A stretch of DNA of 64,000 bases from Octopus sinensis (Eukaryota), in contig NC_043021.1 of the NCBI RefSeq assembly GCF_006345805.1, positions 3,906,001 to 3,970,000 of the forward strand, written 5' to 3'. The number at the start of each line of letters is the position of its first letter. The stretch's first letter is position 1. The position numbers and the translations under genes were made by a program. Shown here in pieces: positions 28,301 through 43,100 of the stretch. A model generated the notes under the pieces. That model was not told where the DNA came from and made no database searches. It was given only the letters and a program-made list of their open reading frames with translations.

Positions 28301-29230
28301 TGTTTACATCGACTCCAGTGCGTAACTGGTACTTTATTTATTAACCCCGAAAGGATGAAAGGCAAAGTCGACCTCAGCGGAATTTGAACTCACAACGTAA
28401 CGACAGACGAAATACGGCTATGCATTTCGCCCGGCGTGCTTACGTTTCTGCCAGCTCGCCGCCTAGCTGATTATATCAACCCCAGTGTTCAATTGGTACT
28501 TATTTTATCGACCCTGGAAGGGTGAAAGGTAAAGTTGACCTTGGTGGAATTTGAACTCAGAACATAATGCCGGCCGAAATAAATACTGCTAATCGTTTTA
28601 CCTGGCATGCTACCAATTCTGCCAGCTCACCACCTATGAATAAATAAACATCACATTCAACAGAGAGATCTGGAAGAGTTAAAAAAGAGTTTCGTGAATG
28701 GATGGGGGTAGATAAGGAAGTGATGGCCATAAGTTTGGTAGAAAGATTGAGACAACGCACAGAGTAATAGTGGTGGTGGTGGTGGTGGTGATGTCAATGA
28801 TGAGTGAAGACACTGAGGGTCAACCACGATTCTGTGTCACACATGCTACCAATATAACGCTTTGGTTAAGTGGATATCTTCTGACTTCCTGGAAGCATTT
28901 CTCTTAAAGTGTCAGGTAGATTGAATTATGAATGAGAAGAATTTCCTCAAGAACAGATAAAAACCGTGTATATACACACACATATAGGTGTGTGTATATG
29001 TACGTATGTAAACATATATACATATATATATAGATATATATGCATACGTGTGTATATATATATATATAATATATATATATGCATACGTGTGTATATATAT
29101 GATCTCCCTTTATATATATATATATAATATATATATATATGCATATGTATATATATATATATGCATATGTATATATATATATATGCATATGTATATATAT
29201 ATATGCATATGTATATATATATATATATAT

Positions 29231-29263
<33 letters not shown>

Positions 29264-30027
29264 TATATGTAGTATATATGTATGTATGTGTAATATACAC
29301 ACACAATTATATAAAGAGTATTTTTAATTGCTTTTTTGTGACACCACTGACCAACAAAACACACACACACACGTACACACGCACGCACGCATACACACAC
29401 GCACGCACGCACACACACACACGCACACACACACACACACACACAAACAGAAATAACTGCACTGGGTCAATAATTTAACATTTTCTAATCTACTTCTGAC
29501 TATAACTGACATTATCGATCATGTGTGTGTGTGGGGGGGAGACTCGGGCGGGGGTGGGGGTGAGGAGAGGGGAGAGGGAGGGGGCTGGCGATGGGTGGGT
29601 GGGTGGGGTGGTGGCGGAGAGAAACAACACTACTGTAATTGATCCTGTTTATTATCTTTACCTATCCATTATTTTATGTCAGCTTTTGTAGCACCAGAGT
29701 GATATAATATCAATTTGGCATCCAATAATATCAGCAAAGTGACTTCAGTCATTGGCTGATTATATTTCCTTCCATATCCTCTTAGTATAACGGGTTTAAA
29801 AATAAGCCATGGAAACACAGACACACACACACATTCCAATACACAAACACATTTACATATTGGTGTAAGTGTAGGTATCTGTATGTGTATGGATGAGTGC
29901 ATGTGTGTGTGTGTGTGTGTGTATACATATGCATACACACACAAGTGCACAACCCCAGACCACACATTCATTCATACATGATTATGCAATTACCTATTAG
30001 CAAGTAAAGCGTGTTCAAATAAGACTG

Positions 30028-30064
<37 letters not shown>

Positions 30065-30161
30065 CATATATATATATATACATCTATATACATACATATA
30101 TATACATACATCTATATACATACATATATATACATACATACATACATATATATATACATAC

Positions 30162-30200
<39 letters not shown>

Positions 30201-30439
30201 TATATACATATATATATATACATCTATATACATACATATATATATATACATACATATATATATATATACATACATATATATACATCTATATACATACATA
30301 TATATATATATATATATACATACAAATATACATAAATATATACATACATATATATATAGATATATACATACATTTACATACATACATATATATATAGATG
30401 CATACATACATATATAGATACATACATACATATTATACG

Positions 30440-30483
<44 letters not shown>

Positions 30484-31848
30484 CATACACACACGCAAAA
30501 TTTGGCTCGTCTGTTCTTGTCAAACTGTACAACCCATGCCAGCATGGAAAAAAAGGGCATTAGATGATGATGGTGATATATATATATAACTTTATCCATT
30601 ATTCAAAGACACAGGACAGATAATCTATGAAGAACAAGAAATAGCTGCCAGATGGAATTAAACTCAGATGTTTTATTAGGTATATAAAGCAGTGAATTTG
30701 CAGAGTTATTTGAGGTTGGGGAGAATAATGCCTCATGATATTTCTCCTGACTTTCAGTGTTCTGAGTTCAAATCTCACTAGGGTCAACGTTGCCTTTCAT
30801 ATCTTGTGTTCAAAAAAGATGATCTTTGGTTGCACAGCTTTGATAAACCCAAATATGCCATTGGTTACTCTGACATCACAGTGATGAAACTACAGAGCTT
30901 CGTGTTAGAAAAGGTGGACCCAGCCAGATGTAATAATTGATTTAATGAAGCTACTGATCTTGATATGGGTAGCAAACGAAAGTGAAAGTAGATTTGCCTG
31001 TCTTTCATCTTTTACTCATTGCAGTCATTAAACTGTAGCCATGCTGGAGCAACATCCTGAAGAATTTATTTTTATTACTCTGATGGACTGACCCCAGTAC
31101 TTTTTCTTTTACTGAAACGCTAAATTATAGAGACATAAACAAACCAACAAAATTTGTCAAGCTGCAGTGGGGGGACAAACACAGACACAAAGACACACAC
31201 ACACACATACAACAGGATTCTTTCAGTTTCTGTCAACCAAATCCATTCACAAGGTTTTGCTTAGCCTGAGGCTATAGTAGAAGCCCAAGGTGCCATGCAG
31301 TGGGACTGAACCTGAAACCATGTAGCTGAGAAAAAAACTTCTTACCACACAGCCACTCCTGCACCAATATTAAGTACTTAGTATTTCTTATGTACTATTC
31401 TTAGAGAAAACAGAAGTTATTAAAAACAGATGATGCATAGTGTGTGTGTGTGTAGTAGTAGTAGTAGTAGTTGATCTTATGATCAAACCAAAGAAGCTAT
31501 GTTTACATTTTTTTTCTTTTTATAGTTGATGCAATGTATCAATCATAACATCGGAAAGAAGTGTCAACTTTTAACTGAGAAATCTTGTAAATATCTCAAT
31601 ATTCACAAGTGTGTGTGGCAGTGAGGCAGCAGAATCATTAGAACGCCTGGCAAAAATGCTTAATAGCATTTCACCCATCTTTATGTTCTGAGTTCAAATT
31701 CCGCTGAGGTCAATTTTGCCTTTCATCCTTCTGGGGGGGTCAATAAAATAAGTACCAGTAGTGGACTGAAGTTGATGGAATTGACCATCTCCCTCTCCCC
31801 AAATTTCATACTCTGTGCCTATAGTAGAAAGGATTATTATTATCATTA

Positions 31849-31879
<31 letters not shown>

Positions 31880-33060
31880 AAGAGGTGAGCTAGTGGAATT
31901 GTTAGCATACTGAGGAAAATGCTGAGCAGCACTTCATCCATTTTTAAGTTCTGAATTCAAATTCCGTTGAGATCGACTTTGTCATTCGTCCTTTCAGGGG
32001 TTGATAAAATAAGTACCAGTTGAGCGCTGGGGGTTAATATAATCAACTTACCCACTCCCCTGAAATTGCTAGCCTTGTGTGAAAATTTGAAATGAATATT
32101 GACAAGCGTAGAAAAGGCACCTGATAAGGTCCCAAATGCACACTCTTTTAGTCTGAGGAACAATAAAGGGCACAAGCAAGGCTGCGCAATTAAGAACTGA
32201 ATCACGTAATTTCAGGTTCCATCTCACAGTGCAGCACCTTGGACAAATGCCTTCTATCATAACAAAACCTCGTGTGCAGAATTATGCAAAAGGAAACTAC
32301 GTGGAAGCCTGTCAAAAGGACTGTTTGTGTTTTGGGATATTAGGCTTAATCCATTAATGGGTCTAACACCATCATATGGTCGGGCCTCAATGTCTACAAT
32401 GGAATGCATGCATTTGCAAGCCTTTGGGCCAAGTTGTGTGAAAATATCTTCCTCCATCTTTCCAGTTATCCCTACAGGACCTAAAAAAATGACATGTTGA
32501 CTTCTCTCCCTCCTCTGACCAAGCCATTAAAAAAGTGAGCCAAGTATAGCTGAATGATTTAAGAGTACAGATTGAAGTAGTGTTTGGAATTAGTGGAAGC
32601 AATCAGAATCAGCAGAATATACGACAATCTGTCTAGCGTTGGTTGACACCTCACTAAATGTACACCCAATATACTCTAAAAAGCAGTTGGTGCTAGGAAG
32701 GGCATTCAGCCATAGAAACCAAGCCAAAATTAGTATGTGTGAACCAGACGTGATTCTCTGACCTTTCAAGGAGGGTAGCAGCTCTAAATGAGGACTTGGA
32801 CTTGGGAACCCATCTAACTCATGCCAGTATGAGAAATGAACATAGAAACAAGGATGATGATAAAAACATTTTCTAACTTTGGCATCAGATTGGCCATGGG
32901 AAATTTAGCAGACAAGTAATGTCAAGCAAGGGCCTGTCCTATTCTGTGTCTTTTTTTTTTTTCCAAGTTCTTATGGTCAACAGATAGGAGTTAGTTCTAG
33001 ACTGGGTGTTGACCAGTGTTTTATGATAATTTACAGGAAAAAGTTAAACAATAATCATAT

Positions 33061-33115
<55 letters not shown>

Positions 33116-33130
33116 TACACACATATATAT

Positions 33131-33164
<34 letters not shown>

Positions 33165-33446
33165 CATATACATACACATATATATATACACATATATAAT
33201 ATCTATATATATGTGTGTGTGTGTTTATACTGACTATTAAAATCTCGTCTTTTAGCAATTATTCATTACTAAAAATGGGATTAAATAGACTGGAAAACCG
33301 ATATTAACAATGATTCATTGCCTCAGTTATTGAGATGTTTAAGGCAAAATAAAGTTTGCAGCTAAATAGTTGAGACGCCTGACAATAAACATAGACCAAG
33401 TTTAAAGTGGTATTTTGAGAGAGAGAGAAGGAGAGAGAGAAACAAC

Positions 33447-33482
<36 letters not shown>

Positions 33483-33609
33483 ATTGCTAAAGATGTTATA
33501 CAATGAGTGTAGGAACTAAAGTTAATTCCATGACAACAGATGATAGAGTGAGGATAAAAAAGACAAAATGCAAAATAATCTAGACGGATTAGTTAGTAAC
33601 TGGATCTAG

Positions 33610-33653
<44 letters not shown>

Positions 33654-34340
33654 TGTGTGTGTGTGTGTGTAGTGGTGATGGTGTAGTGGTAGTTAGATGG
33701 TGGGGGGTGGTGGACAGACATTGCTGGTAGTCCTCTCCCTTTTATATCTTATGTTCTTGGAACGGTGAATCTTGAAGGAGATAAAGCTATAACTAATAGC
33801 ATGTAAATACTGAATAAAAAAAAACCTTGGATTAAAAAAGTTGAAGGATGCCCATTTTATAAGCCAATATTTACATAGTATTATTTATAGCTTTATCGGA
33901 TTCAAGATTCACTGTTCCAAAGCATCAACAATATACACACATACACACAACTAATTGTGTGGTAAGAAACCTACTTCCCAACCACATGGTTCAGGGTTCA
34001 GTCCCACTGTGTGTCACCTGGGCGAAATGTCTTCTATTATAGCCTCAGGCTGACCAAAGCCTTCTGAGCAGAGTTGGTAGATGGAAACTGAAAGAAGCCT
34101 GTTGTATACGTATGTGTGTGAGTGCGTGTGATGTTTAACATCCACTTTTACATGCTTGCATGAGTTGGATAGAATTTATTGAGACAGGAGTGGCTGTGTG
34201 GCAAGTAGCTTGTTTACCAACCACATGGTTCCGGGTTCAGTCCCACAGCGTGGCACCTTGGGCAAGTGTCTTCTATAGCCTCGGGCCGACCAAAGCCTTG
34301 TGAGTGGATTTGGTAGACGGAAACTGAAAGAAGCCCGTCG

Positions 34341-34372
<32 letters not shown>

Positions 34373-35865
34373 TGTGTGTGTGTGTGCATGCGTATATCTT
34401 TGTGTGTCTGTGTTTGTTCCCCTAGCATTGCTTGACAACCGATGCTGGTGTGTTTATGTCCCCGTTACTTAGCGGTTCGGCAAAAGAGACCGATAGAATA
34501 AGTACTGGGCTTACAAAAGAATAAGTCCCGGGGTCGAGTTGCTCGACTAAAGGCAGTGCTCCAGCATGGCCGCAGTCAAATGACTGAAACAAGTAAAAGA
34601 GAAAAGAGAGAAAGAACTTCTACAGCCTGAAGCCCCTTCTTGTCGCCAACACCCTCACTTGTTTCCAAGCAAATTAATATTCCCCATGACCAGACAGGTT
34701 TTCACAGACGATTGGAAGGGAAAGAGACCATCTCCATGATGACAGCACTCATTTACAGCTATCACATGAAGTCAAGGCAAGGAGACAGTAACACACACAC
34801 ACACACACGATTGGAGGTACATGGCCTAGTGCTCTAGGGGTTTGGATGTTGGATGCAAGGTCAAAGTTAAGATTTGCAGACCAGTTGGCACAAAATGAGT
34901 GTTTGGCACATTTGAGTGTTTTGATGTATGTGTCCCTGTGTTTAATTTAATTCTCTGTCCTATGACAGGTTTCTTTCAGTTTCTGTGTACTAAATTCACT
35001 CACAAGACTTTGGTTGGTTCAGGACCACAGTAGAAGACTTGCTCAAGGTGCCACACTGGGACAGAACCCACAACCATGCAATTGGGAAGCAAATTTTTTA
35101 ACACATAGATACATCTGCACTTTCATTGCCAATCGTCTGTGAAAACCTGTCCGGTCATGGGGAATATTAACTTGCAGTTTTGAAATGGTTTCCTTCATTG
35201 GATACCCTTACAAGCAACAAAGTGTACTGGGTTATATTTTTGGTGTGATGCCATCACTAGAGGAAGTTCATACTCCAACAAGCCTCATTTGATTTTGCAG
35301 TGTCTCAGCTCACTGAAGGTTGTGCGACTTAGATGGGGTGAGTATAAGAGAGAGAGAGAGGGTGGTGGTGAAAAAGAAAGATGGAGTAAGTGGATAGGAG
35401 GAGTGAGGAAATGATGACAATGGGAGGAGGGGAATAGAGTGGTTGGAGTGTGTGTAGGGAAGGGGTAAGACTAACAATGCGGAGGGTGAGTAACAAGAGA
35501 GAGGGAGTATGGGAGAGAGGGGTATGGGAGAGAGAGGGTATGGGAGAGAGAGGAGAGTGAGAGGGGATAGAGAGGAGAAGGAGAGAAAGAGAGGAGTATG
35601 GAAGGGAAGGGTATGGGGGAGAGAGAGAAACAGAAGGAAAGAAAGAGAAAGAGTGGAAGGAAAGAAAAAGAAGAAAGAGAAAGAGAAGCCTGAGAAAGAA
35701 AGAAGGAAGGAGGAGATAGAAAGAGAGAGAGAAAGATGGGAAGGAGAGAAAGAGAGAAATATAGAAAAAGAGAGAGATATAGATAAAGAGAGAGAGAGAG
35801 AAAAGAGGAAAGAAAGAAAGAGAAGGTGAGAGAGAAAGAGAGACATAAAGATAGATAGATAGATC

Positions 35866-35896
<31 letters not shown>

Positions 35897-36391
35897 CAAC
35901 GGCTGCTGTTACATCATCATTATTTAGTATTCAAGAACGGCAGAACCGCTAAACAGAAGCTCCGTCTTTGAATGTATGCATTCAAAGATGGAATGATCTT
36001 TAACGTTTACAAACTCTGACACTGGTGATTATCTTAAACTCTCTTTCGTATATCTATATTTTCAACAGAAGATGATTGATGTGTTAACAATGGCAGTTGT
36101 ATATCATTTCAGGATTAATAATTACCGATACGATGACAAACAAATACAGAAACATGCTACAATGGTTTGAAACTCAATTACTCTTTGCTCTCTTTTACTT
36201 GTTTCGGTCATTTGACTGCGGCCATGCTGGAGCACCGCCTTTAGTCGAGCAAATCGACCCCGGGACTTATTCTTTTGTAAGCCTAGTACTTATTCTATCG
36301 GTCTCTTTTGCCGAACCGCTAAGTAACGGGGACGTAAACACACCAGCATCGGTTGTCAAGCAATGCTAGGAGGACAAACACAGACACACAA

Positions 36392-36424
<33 letters not shown>

Positions 36425-36593
36425 CATATATACAACGGGCTTCTTTCAGTTTCCGTTTACCAAATCCACTCACAGGGCTTTGGTCGGCCCGAGGCTATAG
36501 TAGAAGACACTTGCCCAAGGTGCCATGCAGTGGGACTGAACCCAGAACCATGTGGTTGGTAAACAAGCTACTTACTACACAGCCACTCCTGCG

Positions 36594-36628
<35 letters not shown>

Positions 36629-37025
36629 CGATGATGATGATGATGATGATGATGATATATATATATATATACATATATACGACGGGCTTCTTTCAGTTTC
36701 TGTCTACCAAATCCACTCACAGGGCTTTGGTCGGCCCGGGCTATAGCAGAAGACACTTGCCCAAGGTGCCACGCAGTGGGACTGAACCCGGAACCATCTG
36801 GTTGGTAAGCAAGCTACTTACCACACAGCCACTCCTGCGCCTATATATATACATATACATATATACGACAGGCTTCTTTCCGTTTCCATCTACCAAATCC
36901 ACTCACAGGGCTTTGGTCGGCCCGAGGCTATAGTAGAAGACACTTGCCCAAGGTGCCACGCAGTGGGACTGAACCGGAACCATGTGGTTAGTAAGCAAGC
37001 TACTTACCACACAGCCACTCCTGCG

Positions 37026-37072
<47 letters not shown>

Positions 37073-39848
37073 ATATATATATATATATACATATATACGA
37101 CGGGCTTCTTTCAGTTTCCGTCTACCAAATCCACTCACAGGGCTTTGGTCGGTCCGAGGCTATAGTAGAAGACACCTGCCCAAGGTGCCACGCAGTGGGA
37201 CTGAACCCGGAACCATGTGGTTGGTAAGCAAGTTACTTACCACACAGCCACTCCTGCGCCTATATCTATATTTTCAACAGGAGATGATTGATGTGTTAAC
37301 AATGGCAGTTGTATATCATTTCAGGATTAATAATTACCGATACGATGACAAACAAATACAGAAACATGCTACAATGGCTTGAAACTCAATTGAGGAATTT
37401 CTTCGCTACTTGTCTTTGTATAGCATCACAGTCATTTGATATTGCCGTTTGGCCTCTACCAAATTGGCACTGCTTACATTAGCTATTAAAGTGCTATTAT
37501 CCTTTTTATCAAGTGGAAGAATTACATCAATTTCATTTGGCATAAGCTGTGTTTTAAAAGTTCTTTTAAATGCTGTGATTGATGTTGGAATTATTAATGG
37601 CAGTGAACTAGCAGAGCTGTTAGAATACAGGACAAAATATCTTGCCATATCCAGAAGTGGTTCTTTACATTCTGAGTTCAAATACTATCAAAGATCAACT
37701 TTACTTTTCGTCAGTTTTTTTTTTTTGGTGGTGGTGGGTGGAATAGATGAAGTACCGGTAGAGTTCTATGGGTAGGGGGCAATGATAAAAGTACCAGTTA
37801 ATTCAGTGGTGGGGAGTAAAATCATCAGCTAAGTTCAGTGGTGATAATGATAAATAAAGTACCAGTCAAGTTCTGGGAAGAGGGGGGGGGGCAATAAGGT
37901 ACCAGTTAAGTCCAGAGTCAATATATATAATGGGGGGTCAATATATTTGACTGTGCCTATTAAATTTCTAGCCTTATGCCTAAATTAGAAATTATTAATT
38001 ACAACTAGATGCAGGCATGGTTATGTGGTTAACAAGGTTGTTTTTCACTCGTGGTTTTGGGTTTAGTCCAACTGTGTGTGGTACCTTGGGTAAGTCTCTT
38101 CTACTGTAGCCCTCAACCAACCATTGTCTTGTGAGTGAATTTGGTAAATGGAAACTACATAAAAGCTCATGTGTGAGTGTGTGTGTGTGTGTATCTTTGT
38201 ATCTGCTTTATATCCAGTGTTGGAATTTTAATGCCCTTGTCACTTAGCAGTTTAGCAAAAGAGATTTAAAACAATAAGCACTAAAGTTCAATTTGTGCAA
38301 CTAAACACTCCAAGGTGGTACTCCAGCATGGCCAAGTATGAGATAAAAGATGCTCTGTAATATTTTCATTAAAAAATTGCATATTCAAAAGCACACCCTG
38401 CTACTGACGCACTCTTTTCTCAAACCACTTCAGGGTGAAATTTAAAGCATCAAGACATTAACCCAAGAGCATTTAAATTGGCCATAACCGGCCCAAATAT
38501 TCCACCAGTTTTACATTCAAAATGGCCATATCTAGCATCTCACACCTACCCTGCACTGACATTAAAAAAATAAATAAATAAACAATCACCTCACTGAAAC
38601 CTCAAAGCTATGAGATAACACATAAGTAATACAAAATTATATGAATAAATAAACATAACATTCAACAGAGTAATCTGAATGCTAGATCGTCGCTAAAGGG
38701 TTAATTTAAAACTCAACAGTAAGAATGCCATAGAAATTCCAAATGATGTTCTTTAACAGCAATTCCCTCCAGGAGCTGAATTGTCACAACGAAAATACCA
38801 AAAACCAAATAATAACGATGGGGGAATATTTCAAGAAGCGAGAGAGAAATATAATATATAATGAAACAATATTATTCCGTGTAGAGGAAAGACATATATA
38901 ACTTATGAGATTAGTTATTAAATTCTATTCAGTTTTTGGTTTTTCTTATAATTATTTTGAGTGGGCAAAAGAGAAGAGAAGCAGGTGTATTAAAAATGTT
39001 CTGTTTTAATTTGAAATATCGCAATAATGAATTTGCAAGAATTTTCTCTTTCATTCGTTCGCTCTCTCTCTTTTCTCTTCCATGTCCATTTCCCTAAAGA
39101 GCTATTAAAAATAGAAATGGAAGTGTTGGGGGGTGGTGGTGGAAAAGAACTCCCTGCCTCTTCTAACTAACTCTGTATATACATCTAAAATATTTACCAT
39201 GCTGATTTCTTCAGATATCAAATTGATATTAATTATGAAGACAGGCAACAGTTAGTTGAAAACATAAACGAAATAGCATTAAAGAGAACAGAAAAAGGAA
39301 GAGTTTTATTTTTTTCAATAATTGCTTACTCAACCGTTCATTGTCTGGGAAACTAAAACTGGGAAAAGTTAAAGGCGCCGTAATAGCTGCAGCAGCAGCA
39401 GAGAATATGATTTTGTTTATGAAGTATGAATAAAGATGACAATTATAATCTGATTAGAGAAGATAAATTAGTTTACATTCAAAACATAATGTGTCTTTTC
39501 AGATTTTAGAGGATTCTGTATTAAAAATTCTTTTACGTTTTACTTGTTTCAGTCATTAGACTGCGGCCATGCTGGGGCACCGTCTTGAAGAATTTTTAGC
39601 TGAATGAATCAAATCCAGAACCTCTTTTTTTTAAAAGCCTGGTGCTTATTTTATCAGTTTCTTTTGCCAAGCCACTAAGTTACAGAATGTAAACACACCA
39701 ACACTGGTTGTCAAATGGTGGTGGTGGGACAAACACTGACACAAAGACATATGCACAATAAGCAAGTGTCTTCTACAATAGCCCTGGGCTGACCAAAGCC
39801 TTGTGAGTGGATTTGGAACTCAGAAACTAAAAGAAGCCTGTTGCATGC

Positions 39849-39900
<52 letters not shown>

Positions 39901-40129
39901 GTAAAAAATAGTAAAAAGTGAAAAAACTACAGAAGGCTTGTTTTAAAAGGTTAAAAAATATATATTTAAGTCAATATGTCTGAAGAATGTTATAAATTTA
40001 TAACATTCTTCAGACATATTGACTTAAATATATATTTTTTAACCTTTTAAAACAAGCCTTCTGTAGTTTTTTCACTTTTTACTATTTTCTATATATTCAA
40101 CCACATTCTTTCACAAACCAACTTTCTCA

Positions 40130-40175
<46 letters not shown>

Positions 40176-43100
40176 ACCATGCCAGATGTTAGATGATGAT
40201 GATACATCAATGTTGTAGATGAGTGTCACTGTCATACAAGCTGCAACACTAATTTTCAATATTCTGCAAAATCATATCTAGCCATGGGACTAGTGAGGGT
40301 TGGTGACAGGAAGGGTATCCAGCCCATAGAAAATCTGCCTCAAATAAATCCCTTGAACCCATGCAAACATGGAAACAGGGCATTAAATGATATGATGATA
40401 AGACCCCCTTTGGTCATGAATGGCCATGGGATTACACCTAGAAAATTACCCTCTGAAGCACAAGTCCAGGCAAAGTTGTTTATGGGAAGACTAGCAGTCG
40501 CTCATGCATACCAGCCACCCCTCTCCATACCATTGGTGTTATCCAAGGGAAAGGTGAAAGACTGATACAGCTTGGCCCCAGTGATGTTGCAAATCATTTC
40601 TACAGCTGAGTGAACTGGAGCAATGTGAAATAAAGTGACTTGCTCAAGAACACAACACACAGCAGAATCTGGGGATTGAACTCACTACCTTATGATTGTG
40701 AGTCTGATGCTCTAACCACTGAGCCATGTGCCTTCATCGCATAGACAGACAGACACACACACAACAATCTCCATTTACCCAAATTCTTTACAAAGTATTG
40801 GTTAGCCTAGAGGTATAGAAGAGTTACCTAAGGTGCCAGAAAGTGGGGCTGTTCCCCCCAAATTATATGGTTGCAGAGCCAACTCTGCCAAACAGCCAAA
40901 CCAGCACACACACACACACACAACACACACACACACACAAGTGAGTACACGTATAAACACATCTATATTCATGCACACACACACATACAACATGTCACTG
41001 GGGAGATAGAACAAGAATATCTAAACAAAATTACATCAACATGCATCTCCTGCAATATTCCGAATCAATCAATTAATCAATACATCTATTAATCTATCGA
41101 GTTAAAATAACCGATTACGTGAGTTCTGAAGAGCCAAGATTTACTGGCAAACTGCTCTATGCTGTGGTACTCAACTAGAAATTTATGGTAAAATACAAAC
41201 CAGAGCAACTGCTCTGCTACTGCTGCTACAACTGATTTACCTCATAGATTTTGACAAAGTGTGGAAAAGCAAACTTCAGGGTCAGATTTCTGGTGGACAT
41301 CTGCTTTAAGCACCCCATATAACTCCCTTATAACTATTTAATTTTTTGGAATGTTCAAAAATTTTTTGTGAAGTTGCTTTCTACACACAGGAATTCATAC
41401 AATTAGGCAAAAAAAAAAAAAAAAAAATTTCTACGTGTGATTTAACCCTTTAGTGTTCAGATTATTCTGTCAAATGTGATGTTTGATTATTTAAAATGGT
41501 TTGAATTAATCCTGCATTATCTTGTAGTTTAGGGATTTCAGTGAAGTGATTTTTTTAGTTTTAGAACGACATGGTAGGGGTGAGGTGAGAGGCCAGATCT
41601 GGTCAGTTTCGATATAAAACAGGCTAAATATTTTGTCCGGATATGGCCGGTTTGAATGCTAAAGGGTTAAGGGTGATCTAGCTGTTATTTTTAGCACATC
41701 TCATAACCACCTGATACCTTCCTTGTTTCTTTGTCACTCTGACATGTATTGGTGTTTTTCTATAGGCGCAGGAGTGGCTGTGTGGTAAGTAGCTTGCTTA
41801 CCAACCACATGGTTCCGGGTTCAGTCCCACTGCGTGGCACCTTGGACAAGTATCTTCTACTGTAGCCTCGGGCCGACCAAAGCCTTGTGAGTGGATTTGG
41901 TAGACGGAAACTGAAAGAAGCCCATCGTATATGTATATATATATATATGTGTGTGTATGTTTGTGTGTCTGTGTTTGTCCCCCCAACATCGCTTGACAAC
42001 CGATGCTGGTGTGTTTAAGAGACCGATAGAATAAGTACTAGGCTTATTCTAGAATAAGTCCTGGGGTCGATTTGCTCGACTAAAGGCGGTGCTCCAACAT
42101 GGCCACAGTCAAATGACTGAAACAAGTAAAAGAGTATACTTTTCTCCCCCTAAACCCATTTACTGGAATGAGGATGCCTCTAAGGGTGATCCATTGCTGG
42201 GATTTAAGCAAAACATTTGGACTCCCTGTATTTTAAACTCTGATTTTAAAAGATTTGAGAGTGGAACTTTTGGGATTTCTGGGGTAGAGGAGGTGTATTA
42301 AAAATTGTTTAATTTGTTTCTCATCATTGTATGGATTCCCATGTGTAGAACACAAATTTGCAAGAATTTTCTGAAAATTCCAAAAGTTAAAAAGTTACAA
42401 CAGGTTATATGGGGTGCTTACACCAGAATTCCACCAGACAGGTGCCAGACGGGGCTGCTAGACGGCCACAGACGGATGGTGCTTTTTACGTGCCACCGGC
42501 ACAAATTAAACCCTCAAACTAATCACATGACTTCCAAGTATTCACCCCAGTCAATGTCAGTGATGCTCTTAATCTGTTGATCCATTAGATCCCAGTGATC
42601 TGTCATTTCTCAAACTCTCTTAATCCTATACTAATCATCATTATCTCTCAATCATAAGTTCCATCTTCGGTTGATAGCAAATGTTGCCACTACACCATTC
42701 AGCAATGAAGGAAATTTAGGCCTGGCTGTCTGGTTAAGAGACTTGTTCTGCAACCACATGGTTTCGGGTTCAGTCCTACTGCGTGGCACCTTAGGCCAAC
42801 CAATGTTTTGTGAGTGAATTTGAAAGATGGAAATTGTGTGGAACCCCATCATATGTGTGAGTGTGTATAAAAGTGAATTTGGAGGGATGTATTATCTTGG
42901 CAGGGCCCTTAGCCATAAATAGGCTAAAATTCAAACGAATCCTGAGATATCTTAAAGAAAATTTGTTTTGCATATTCACAAAAATAATCATAATTGGAAA
43001 CATAATTATTTAAAAGTTCTTGTGGTTCCGTTAACCATTTTAGTACCAGCCTGCCTGAGACTACCCTTGCTTCTATATCAAAAAACTTCCTGCTTTAAAT

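Noticed and set aside
36097-37382. Recurring ORFs such as [42 protein letters not shown]
   Set aside because: Antisense translations of SINE-A heads; they recur at every copy.
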